A stretch of 64,000 nt of DNA from Sphingobacteriales bacterium (GTDB taxonomy: Bacteria > Bacteroidota > Bacteroidia > Chitinophagales > CAIOSU01): the NCBI GenBank assembly GCA_027483645.1, contig JAIXUD010000023.1, positions 90,639 to 154,638 of the forward strand, given 5' to 3'. This document shows positions 29,902-37,907 of this stretch, one piece after another (positions within the stretch are counted from its first letter, which is position 1; each line of letters starts with the position of its first letter). The position numbers and the translations under genes are program-made. Under the pieces are notes generated by a model. That model was not told where the DNA came from. It searched no databases and worked only from the letters and a program-made list of their open reading frames with translations.

Positions 29902-31254
29902 CTAATACTGCACTTTAGGCGCAGGCTTGCGCTTAGGCAACTGGTAGTGGATAGCGGCACTCACGCCCATGGTAAAGTTGTGCAACCGCGGTGCTTCCTT
30001 ATCCATGCCTTTAAACATGCGGGTATCAGTAAACATACCGGCACGGGCACCGAAGGTTACATAAAGGTTTTTGTGGGCGTAGATGTCGTACTCCATACCC
30101 AGTAATACGCCTACCTCATTGCGAGAAACCATTTCGCTGATATCTTCCAGGCGCTCATCGTTGATGCTCATGCTAGAGGCTTTCAAACGGCTATAAGCAA
30201 CACCACCAATAAGGTTAAGCGATACCGGCTGCTTAGTAAGACCGCTCATGCGGGCAAACTTGTACTTAAACAGCAAAGGCACTTGGGTATAGGTAAGATT
30301 GATGCTGCCAGCAACTGGTATTTTACCGTATAGGTTGTCGCTGTAGCGCTGGCCTTGGGCCGAATTGACAATCCAGCCAAGCTCAAGGGCCATGCGGTGG
30401 TTGAAGTGGTAGCCAACTTTTACGCCATACTGGTAGCCGCGTTGCAGGTTATACTTCGCCTCCTTGCCCAGCAACGGATAGAAGGCCGAGTTTTTCTCAA
30501 ACATGCGGGTAGCAGTCATTACATACTCACCACCTATGTAGAAGCCTTTGATGTGACCCAGCGGGTTCATCGGTTTGTTAGGCTTCGTTATATCGCCATC
30601 AGCCAACAGTGTGGTGGTCATTTCTTGCAGCGCCATAAGGGTTTCCGCAGCTGGTAATTCAAGTTGTGGTGCTTTGATGCCGATGCTTACGTAAGCATTG
30701 GTTGGGGCTTGCAATTCTAGCGCAGCGGCATTATTTTGGTTTAGCTTGGTCAAGCGATCATTGGTGGCCAGGCTTTGCTTATCTGTATTGGCATATATAG
30801 CTTTAGATGCGTTGGCACCGATGTAAGGAGTAAAGTATCGGTTTTCGCGGTAGGTAGGCACGGTTACTAGTGGCTCACTATCGGCAAAGGCGTAATTGAT
30901 AGGCTTGGTGATACGGCGGTGCGGATTGTAAGATATACCAGCAACTTGGCTTGGGTGCTCACCCGCTAGCAGGTAGGTGCCTTGGTACTGAGCATTTTTG
31001 GCTTTTTCGTTAGCAGCGTAGTATTCCTCTACATCGAAAGCTGATATAAGGTTGAAACCTGCGAAGAATAACAGCAAAACAAGGGCTGCATAATACCAGT
31101 GGTTGTACTTTACCTGCTCGCGTTGTTGGTCCAAATCCCCATCCAAACGGGCCCACAAGCCAGCAGGGGGCTGAACCTCCATGTTGCGAAGGTTGTCCCG
31201 AAACTGTTTGTCGAAGTTAAAATTCTCGTCGTCGTTTGGTCTAATAGGGCGCAT
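29902..31254 (-). CDS. Protein with N-terminal anti-sigma-like/TM region and C-terminal outer-membrane beta-barrel (PorT-like family)
   Basis: N-terminal FDKQFRDNL...PP..LW.RL...L plus TM helix, low-complexity linker, barrel strands (YQYGVKVGYHF, LTYTQVPLLFKYKF, MGVSAAIHYQL). Confidence 0.65.
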   Translation of the reverse strand: MRPIRPNDDENFNFDKQFRDNLRNMEVQPPAGLWARLDGDLDQQREQVKYNHWYYAALVLLLFFAGFNLISAFDVEEYYAANEKAKNAQYQGTYLLAGEHPSQVAGISYNPHRRITKPINYAFADSEPLVTVPTYRENRYFTPYIGANASKAIYANTDKQSLATNDRLTKLNQNNAAALELQAPTNAYVSIGIKAPQLELPAAETLMALQEMTTTLLADGDITKPNKPMNPLGHIKGFYIGGEYVMTATRMFEKNSAFYPLLGKEAKYNLQRGYQYGVKVGYHFNHRMALELGWIVNSAQGQRYSDNLYGKIPVAGSINLTYTQVPLLFKYKFARMSGLTKQPVSLNLIGGVAYSRLKASSMSINDERLEDISEMVSRNEVGVLLGMEYDIYAHKNLYVTFGARAGMFTDTRMFKGMDKEAPRLHNFTMGVSAAIHYQLPKRKPAPKVQY

Positions 31255-31329
31255 AAACTACCTTAAAAATAGCCTTTTTCTTCAAAATGCCAACTAATCG
31301 TTCACCTAATTTGCCCGATTGGTGTGTGA

Positions 31330-31357
31330 TAGACTGGGTTTGAGGGTGGAAGGTTGC
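31330..31357 (-). promoter_or_regulatory. ECF-sigma-type promoter motif GCAACC-N17-GTCTA upstream of the beta-barrel gene
   Basis: Minus strand GCAACC TTCCACCCTCAAACCCA GTCTA, ending about 75 nt upstream of ATG 31254. Confidence 0.6.
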
Positions 31358-31424
31358 ACGGTTAGAGAGGAATTAGGAAGTAGCAACAAGGAATTAGATA
31401 GGATAAGAGCCACAAAATGTCCAT

Positions 31425-31552
31425 ACTCGTCCTCGCTTCCAGCGAGGATGTAGGTAAAGTTGAGCCTTTGGCTCAGTTTCATTATGTACCGGGTTATGTT
31501 TTGAGCTGAAAGCTCAAAGTTAAATTTATCCTCGCTGGAAGCGAGGACAAGT
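31425..31552. repeat. REPIN-like element: inverted pair of 25-bp palindromic REP units with two internal hairpins
   Basis: ACTCGTCCTCGCTTCCAGCGAGGAT (31425-31449) and ATCCTCGCTGGAAGCGAGGACAAGT (31528-31552) are reverse complements with 1 mismatch. Inner hairpins TGAGCCTTTGGCTCA and TTGAGCTGAAAGCTCAA. Confidence 0.85.
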
Positions 31553-31616
31553 GGAGTTAACGAAGAAGTAGGAAATGCGGGGTTTCACATTTCCTAGTTC
31601 TCATTTTTTATTTGCT

Positions 31617-32402
31617 TTAAAGTCCTTTTCCTTGAACCAACAGCTCTACTATATCAAACACCTTTACCTTTCCTGGGGCTTTTTCGGTAGTGCCGTCGCT
31701 TAGCATAGTCATGCAGAAGGGGCAACCTACGGCCACTATTTCAGCTCCGGTTTCTACTGCTTGTTCGGCTCGTTTTTGGTTTACGCGTTGATTGCCGCGC
31801 TCTTCTTCTTTAAACATCTGGGCGCCACCAGCACCGCAGCAAAGGCCTTTGCTCTTGGCGGTTTTCATTTCTACCAGGTCTGCATCCAAAGCTTCCAGCA
31901 CGGCGCGTGGGGCCTCGTAAACTTCGTTCGCGCGGCCAAGGTAGCAACTATCATGGAAAGTGATTTTCTTTCCTTTAAAAGTACCACCACCTTCTACTTT
32001 CAATTTGCCTTGGTCAATCAGTTCTTGCAGATACTGGCTGTGGTGTACCACCTCGTAAGCGCCACCCAGATTTGAGTATTCGTTTTTAAGGATGTTGAAG
32101 CAGTGTGGGCAAGTAGTCACTATCTTGCGCACTTGGTAGGCGTTCAAAATTTCAATGTTCTGCAAGGCAGCCATCTGGAACACAAACTCATTGCCGGCAC
32201 GTTTGGCTGGGTCGCCAGTGCAAGCCTCCTCTTTGCCCAATATGGCAAAATTAATGTTGAGGTGGTTCAAAATCTTTACGAAGGCGTTGGTAACTTTTAT
32301 TGCCCGTTGGTCAAAACTACCGGCACAGCCTACCCAAAACAATATCTCGGGGGTGCGTCCTTCGGCGGCCAGTTCGGCCATGGTAGGTACTTTCAATTCC
32401 AT
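31617..32402 (-). CDS. CCG-domain Fe-S oxidoreductase subunit (FadF C-terminal-like)
   Basis: LFWVGCAGS, CTGDPAKRAGNE, TTCPHC, HDSCYLGR, CCGAGG, GCPFC. Confidence 0.88.
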   Translation of the reverse strand: MELKVPTMAELAAEGRTPEILFWVGCAGSFDQRAIKVTNAFVKILNHLNINFAILGKEEACTGDPAKRAGNEFVFQMAALQNIEILNAYQVRKIVTTCPHCFNILKNEYSNLGGAYEVVHHSQYLQELIDQGKLKVEGGGTFKGKKITFHDSCYLGRANEVYEAPRAVLEALDADLVEMKTAKSKGLCCGAGGAQMFKEEERGNQRVNQKRAEQAVETGAEIVAVGCPFCMTMLSDGTTEKAPGKVKVFDIVELLVQGKGL

Positions 32403-32425
32403 ATACTATGCCTTCTTCGTGAGTA

Positions 32426-33784
32426 TTATTGTGTCAATTCTTTCGCCCATTTGTCCCTGTCTTGCTGGCTAAACTGCCAAGGGGCGGCATTATTCTCAAT
32501 ATTGCTGAACATCAGGTTCCACTCTTCAGGCGAGTTGGAGTCTTCCATAATCAATGCGCGACGCAACTGAACAATGATGTCAAGCGGGTCAATATTTATC
32601 GGGCACTCTTGTACGCAAGCTTGGCAAGTAGTACATGCCCGTAGCTCTTCCACGGTTATATAGTCCTTCAGCAACTGCTTATTGTCAATAAAATCAGGGC
32701 CGTGGGTTTTGATGTTCTTACCTACTTCCTGCATCCGGTCGCGCGTATCCATCATTATTTTGCGCGGGCTCAGCAATTTGCCGGTTTGGTTGGCTGGGCA
32801 AGCATCGGTGCAGCGGCCACACTCAGTGCAACTGTATGCATCTAGCAGGTTCTTCCAACTTAGGTCTTGTATGTCCTTCGCACCAAATTTCCCTGGTGCA
32901 GCTTCAGCGCCGTCGGCAGGTGCAGCATACGGGTCGGCGTTAGGATCCATCATCATTTTAATCTCCTTAGTAATGGCGGGCATATTACTTATCTCGCCAC
33001 GGGGTTTCAAGCGGCCAAAATACGTATTGGGGAAAGCCAACATAATGTGCAAGTGCTTGCTATATGGCAAATAAACAATAAAGCCTAGCACGCCAATAAT
33101 GTGGCCCCACCAGCCGATGCGCTCAATAACATTAAGCACCTCAAGCGATAGGCCTGATAAGGCAGGGCCTACAATATTGCCAGAAATAAGGAAGCCATAT
33201 GGCGACTCGCCGGTTGCCACAATTTCGCGGGCAACATCGCCACCGTTCATCATAAAGATGCAAGTAACCAGGTATATTTCAGCTATCAGAATGATATTGG
33301 CATCAAGTTTAGGCCAACCATTCAACTCGCTTTTCAAAAAGCGAGGTATCTTAAGCAAGTTGCGGCGCGCCAGAAAGGCGAAGGTGGCAAGCAATGCCAA
33401 TATTGATAATACCTCAATAAAACTAATGGTAAAGGTGTAAAGACCGGTTAAAAAACCTGAGTTCAAAGTATCTCTAAACAAATGGAACAATAACCGGTGT
33501 TGTCCCGTAAACCCGTCTATAAATATTTCTATCAACTCAATTTGAGTTATAAGGAACGCAACGTAGATGAAAAGGTGTAGTATAGCTGGAATGGTAAGGC
33601 GAAACATCTTCTTCTGCCCAAGGGCTATAAGGAGCATGTTGGTTAAGCGCTTGCCGGGCTGGTCAGTAAGGTCTTCTTTTTGACCAAGTTGAATATTTCG
33701 ATATATCTCCTTGGCCTTCACAAAGAAAAAAGCAAAAGCGCCGATAGTAATGATAGCGAATGCAATAATTGAGATGATGGCCAT
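32426..33784 (-). CDS. Membrane-bound 4Fe-4S dicluster oxidoreductase (FadF N-terminal-like)
   Basis: Multiple TMs, YLPYSKHLHI, CTECGRCTDACP and CTTCQACVQECP. TAGTTTTG -7 element at 33804-33811 (-). Confidence 0.88.
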   Translation of the reverse strand: MAIISIIAFAIITIGAFAFFFVKAKEIYRNIQLGQKEDLTDQPGKRLTNMLLIALGQKKMFRLTIPAILHLFIYVAFLITQIELIEIFIDGFTGQHRLLFHLFRDTLNSGFLTGLYTFTISFIEVLSILALLATFAFLARRNLLKIPRFLKSELNGWPKLDANIILIAEIYLVTCIFMMNGGDVAREIVATGESPYGFLISGNIVGPALSGLSLEVLNVIERIGWWGHIIGVLGFIVYLPYSKHLHIMLAFPNTYFGRLKPRGEISNMPAITKEIKMMMDPNADPYAAPADGAEAAPGKFGAKDIQDLSWKNLLDAYSCTECGRCTDACPANQTGKLLSPRKIMMDTRDRMQEVGKNIKTHGPDFIDNKQLLKDYITVEELRACTTCQACVQECPINIDPLDIIVQLRRALIMEDSNSPEEWNLMFSNIENNAAPWQFSQQDRDKWAKELTQ

Positions 33785-33896
33785 AAACGTCCTGAAATTT
33801 CTACAAAACTACAATTGGTATTGACACATTGTTCATGCAAATAGTAAAAAACACGGGCAAGATAGTTAATTTTAGTGTAGCTTAAAACAAGCGATT

Positions 33897-36296
33897 ATGA
33901 GATATTTATACTTCTGGGTGCTGTTGGTGGGTTTTTTGAGCCCTGAAAGTATGCATGCCCAAGAGTTGCCCAAGCTCGATTTGTACACCAAGCGCATGCT
34001 GGCCTCACCTGAATGGAAGTGGCAGGACATCAACCTTTTAGTAAAAGGTGATAGTACTACCATAAAGGGGTTAACCGAGGTTGCGGGTGGTGTATACAAG
34101 TATAGTTATGTAAACATCAGCGCAGTAAATATTCCACTAAATAATCTGTATCAATTTTTAAGCGATCCTGCGGTGCTAGAAGTGCAAAACTTGGATGTGC
34201 CTGTGGTACTGCTAGACGATACCGCCATTATACAAAACCATGTAGTAGAAGTGCACAACGGCGATGCTCCCCTAGCGCAACCCTATAAAGGCGACGGGGT
34301 GATAGTAGGTATAATTGATGATGGACTTGATATTAATCACCCAGATTTTAAAAAGGCGAATGGTGAAACAAGGGTAAAATACCTGTGGGACCAAACCGTA
34401 TCGAGCGCAAGCCTGCCCCCAGGCTTTAACTATGGCCGTGAATGGACGGAGCTGGATATTAACAACGGGGTATGCACTCACGCAGAGCGCCTCAACGCTT
34501 TTGGCCACGGCACCCATGTAACTGGTATAGCTGCAGGCAACGGTCGCGCTACCGGTAACTTTACGGGCATGGCCCCCAATACCGATTTAGTGGTAGTGGC
34601 TTTCAATTACGGACGTCCGTTTCTGGTTACCGTGCTAGATGGGGTCCATTACATTTTCCGCAAGGCAGATGCTATGGGTAGGCCGTGCGTTATTAATGCC
34701 AGCTTGGGCACCTATGTAGGCTCTCGAGATGGGTTGGATTTGACTGCGCAAATGATTGATGCCATGCTGGAAGAAAAGCCAGGCCGTGCCATGGTTGCTG
34801 CTGCGGGCAATGCAGGCCAAACTAAGTACCATTTGGGCTATGAAGTTACGGCTGATACTAACTTTACCTACTTCCTATATAACACCACTGCTGGTGACCT
34901 ATTCTTCCAGCTTTGGGCCGATTCGGCAAATTTTAATAAGGTGAAGTTTGCTTTTGGTGCCGATGACCCCGCAAACAGCTATGCATCTCTCGGCAGGACG
35001 GATTTCCTAAGCATTCCTAATGATTATGCATCGGTATTAGTCAATGGGGGTTCGCTTATCCGCAACTTCTCCTTGAGCAGCGGGGTTAACTTTATTGGTA
35101 GCATCGAAACCCAAATAACCCTAGCTAATGGGATTTATCTGTACGAAGTAATTATTGAACCCAACAATGCTGCTCACTTGTGGCGTTTTATTACCACTGG
35201 TGAAGGCGAATTTGATATCTGGAGCAGCAAATCGCTAATGGGCTTTTCGGATATGGTAGATATATTGCCAAGCGCCACTATATTGCTGGATAGCGCCTTG
35301 TATAAGTATCCTGATACCCGCAAAACAGTAGTGAGCAGTTACACCTGTAGCGATAAGGTAATAGCTGTGGGCAACTATGTAAATCGAGGCCAGTACCAAG
35401 ATGTGTACAATAATACCATCACTTGCTATTATCCGTTGGGCGATATTTTCAGGGAATTCGCTAACCCGAATAACCCTAACCCTACAGTATTCCTAGGCTC
35501 TAGCCATGGCCCCAGCCGCGATGGCCGCATAAAGCCTGATATTGCCGCGCCTGGCACTTATGTATTGTCGTCGGGCAACAGCATATTTATCAGCAACGCT
35601 ATCGGTTCGGGCGACCCGCTTAACTACCAAAAGGTGGCCATAGGCGGCAAGCATTCTCGCAACTCGGGTACCAGTATGGCATCGCCTATGGTTACTGGCT
35701 CGGTGGCGCTATATTTGCAAAAGAACCCTATGGCAGACTGGCGTGAGATAAAGGATGCCTTCCTGTCCACTGCCTTTAAAGATACTTTTACTACCCAGCA
35801 ACCAAATAATACTTTTGGATATGGTAAGCTCAATGCTTTTGCAGCAATGCAAACCAGCTTAATATATGGTTGTACCGATATCGCTGCCTTAAACTATGAC
35901 CCTGCTGCCAACATAAACGATGGTAGCTGCGTTCAGGTGGTGCGCGGCTGTATGGATGCCATAGCGGTAAACTACGACTCAATGGCCAACTTTGATAATG
36001 GTAGTTGCCAATATGATACTATACTGGGCGTAGGCAATGTGCTAGATGCGGGTATTGGCCTGGGTGTATACCCCAACCCCAACGAAGGAAACTTTAACAT
36101 TGTATACAGCTTACCTGCCGATATGGATCAAGCCACAGTAATGATTACCGATTTGCTGGGTAAGGAAGTAATGCGTATCCATATCACAGGTATGCAGGGC
36201 AAAGTAGTGGTAGAAGCGTTGCCTAAAGGTGTATATTTGTATGCTTTGGTACACGGGGGCAGGTTGTTAAAGCCGGGTAAGGTTATTGTTCAATAA
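33897..36296 (+). CDS. S8 subtilisin-family protease with T9SS C-terminal sorting domain
   Basis: Catalytic motifs GIIDDG, HGTHVTGIAAG, GTSMASP; two GC.D..A.NY...AN...GSC repeats; CTD VYPNPNEG...ITDLLGK...LPKGVYLY...KVIVQ. Confidence 0.9.
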   Translation: MRYLYFWVLLVGFLSPESMHAQELPKLDLYTKRMLASPEWKWQDINLLVKGDSTTIKGLTEVAGGVYKYSYVNISAVNIPLNNLYQFLSDPAVLEVQNLDVPVVLLDDTAIIQNHVVEVHNGDAPLAQPYKGDGVIVGIIDDGLDINHPDFKKANGETRVKYLWDQTVSSASLPPGFNYGREWTELDINNGVCTHAERLNAFGHGTHVTGIAAGNGRATGNFTGMAPNTDLVVVAFNYGRPFLVTVLDGVHYIFRKADAMGRPCVINASLGTYVGSRDGLDLTAQMIDAMLEEKPGRAMVAAAGNAGQTKYHLGYEVTADTNFTYFLYNTTAGDLFFQLWADSANFNKVKFAFGADDPANSYASLGRTDFLSIPNDYASVLVNGGSLIRNFSLSSGVNFIGSIETQITLANGIYLYEVIIEPNNAAHLWRFITTGEGEFDIWSSKSLMGFSDMVDILPSATILLDSALYKYPDTRKTVVSSYTCSDKVIAVGNYVNRGQYQDVYNNTITCYYPLGDIFREFANPNNPNPTVFLGSSHGPSRDGRIKPDIAAPGTYVLSSGNSIFISNAIGSGDPLNYQKVAIGGKHSRNSGTSMASPMVTGSVALYLQKNPMADWREIKDAFLSTAFKDTFTTQQPNNTFGYGKLNAFAAMQTSLIYGCTDIAALNYDPAANINDGSCVQVVRGCMDAIAVNYDSMANFDNGSCQYDTILGVGNVLDAGIGLGVYPNPNEGNFNIVYSLPADMDQATVMITDLLGKEVMRIHITGMQGKVVVEALPKGVYLYALVHGGRLLKPGKVIVQ

Positions 36297-36423
36297 TTGT
36301 TATTGGTTGATTGGTTAATCAGTTAATTGGTTCTCAAAACAGTTAACAGAGTTCCGCTTATTTTCTTCAAGAAATCCTATGAAACGGAGTATTTTTACAA
36401 ATCAACCGATTAACACATAACCA
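36297..36423. repeat. Inverted pair of degenerate octamer arrays (TxATTGGT / ACCxATxA)
   Basis: TTATTGGT TGATTGGT TAATCAGT TAATTGGT after the protease stop; ACAAATCAACCGATTAACACATAACCA before the next ATG. Confidence 0.6.
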
Positions 36424-36424
36424 A

Positions 36425-36931
36425 ATGTCAACACGCCAAAGCTTAATACTCAATTCGGTTAGCATCCAGCAAAAAATAAACCGTATGGCCTACCAGATAA
36501 TGGAGGAGAATTATGAGGAGCAGGAGCTGTACTTTATCGGCATTCGCGATAATGGCTACTTGTTTGCCGAACAGCTGGTGGCATTCCTAAAAACCATTAC
36601 CAAAACACATATACACCTTTATTCCCTCTCTCTAAATAAAACCAAGCCCAATAAGGACGAAATGGAATACAACTTCGACCTTAAAAGTTTAAATAAAAAG
36701 ACGGTAATACTGGTGGACGATGTAGCCAACACCGGCCGCACGCTGGCCTATGCCATGAAACCCCTGTTCGACTGCTTACCCAAGAAGATAGAAGTAGCCG
36801 TATTGATTGACCGGGAGCATAAGCTTTTCCCCATCAGCAGCGATTACGTAGGCCTAAGCCTTAGCACTACCCACAAAGAGCACGTAAACGTGGTGTTGGA
36901 TGGTAAGGAGGACGCAGTTTATTTGGCGTGA
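36425..36931 (+). CDS. PyrR-like phosphoribosyltransferase family protein
   Basis: KINRMAYQI.E.N, VILVDDVANTGRT (PRPP loop), LIDREHKLFPI..DYVG. Confidence 0.85.
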   Translation: MSTRQSLILNSVSIQQKINRMAYQIMEENYEEQELYFIGIRDNGYLFAEQLVAFLKTITKTHIHLYSLSLNKTKPNKDEMEYNFDLKSLNKKTVILVDDVANTGRTLAYAMKPLFDCLPKKIEVAVLIDREHKLFPISSDYVGLSLSTTHKEHVNVVLDGKEDAVYLA

Positions 36932-36991
36932 GGTGATAAGCAATACCTTCAAATTGTGATAAACACTATGTTCCTGTTTTAGGAGCATTTT

Positions 36992-37038
36992 ACGCCCCAA
37001 AGGGGCACAAGAATTCTAGCGTGGGGCACCGCCCTACG
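36992..37038. repeat. REP-like double-hairpin unit, copy 1
   Basis: ACGCCCCAAAGGGGCACAAGAATTCTAGCGTGGGGCACCGCCCTACG aligns without gaps to 57370-57416. Confidence 0.7.
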
Positions 37039-37086
37039 TACACAATGTGTTTCCGGTAGCACACTTCAAGAAATGTAATCCCCAAA

Positions 37087-37902
37087 TCACTCAATCACAA
37101 TCGTATCCCTTTCTACCGCAGCGGTATGGAAGTAGCCATACGCCCCATTGCTGAAGTTGCCTTTGACGTTGGCTGGCGGTGTGTCGAATAAATCACCAAA
37201 ACTTTCTTGGCTGCTTACTTGGGTGATGAAGGTAAAATACTGGGATGAGATGGATCCCATTTCTACCATAACCGTATCGCCCAGTACCTGTGGTTCCAGA
37301 TCAAAATCCAATGAAACATAGTTACCGTCAACCCATTCGTCGTTAGCTGCTAGATCTAAGTCGCTCTCAATACTTCCATTTGAGGTATATATCCATTGGT
37401 AGTTGTTGCCCAGCCCTGCAGGCTCTTGGGTATGCAAAAATACATAGTAGCCATCATCTTCATCGGCTACCTCATCTTTGTAAGTATAGGTAAGCGAGTC
37501 GATGGGTGTAATGGGGCGGATAAAATCTTCTGCCTCATATACTTCACCGTTATACTGCACCCTCAATCGGTAAGTAGAACCTACTTTGCCATTACCAAAG
37601 AAGGTACTTTGATATTGACCTAGCTGCCCATATTGAGGGTCTGGAATGAGGGTATCGGTAAGGATGCCATCTTCGGTAATGGTTACAAAAGCACCCACTA
37701 CAGGCATATTCGGCTCATCTGACAAATAAGGCGAACTCATTGAAATACGCAAATAATTGTATGGGGATCCGTTATCGGTCAACCGGCCTTCGATAACAAT
37801 AGCGGGTGGAATATCATCCAAGTCCAAATCAATCTTTTCCTCACAACCAATAAAGGCGAAAGCAAACACAAAGGCAGAAAATAGAACGGTTATACGTTTC
37901 AT
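37087..37902 (-). CDS. DUF4249-type lipoprotein, partner of the TonB-dependent receptor
   Basis: Lipobox FIGC-EEKIDLDL, IVIEG.LT, FDTPPANVKGNFSNGAYGYF; directly downstream of the TBDR. Confidence 0.8.
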   Translation of the reverse strand: MKRITVLFSAFVFAFAFIGCEEKIDLDLDDIPPAIVIEGRLTDNGSPYNYLRISMSSPYLSDEPNMPVVGAFVTITEDGILTDTLIPDPQYGQLGQYQSTFFGNGKVGSTYRLRVQYNGEVYEAEDFIRPITPIDSLTYTYKDEVADEDDGYYVFLHTQEPAGLGNNYQWIYTSNGSIESDLDLAANDEWVDGNYVSLDFDLEPQVLGDTVMVEMGSISSQYFTFITQVSSQESFGDLFDTPPANVKGNFSNGAYGYFHTAAVERDTIVIE

Positions 37903-37907
37903 CGGTA

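Noticed and set aside
31617..33784. Two Fe-S genes as a frameshifted or split pseudogene of fadF
   Set aside because: Both ORFs have clean starts, stops and intact Cys motifs 23 bp apart; a two-gene form is plausible and I recall it being usual in this phylum.
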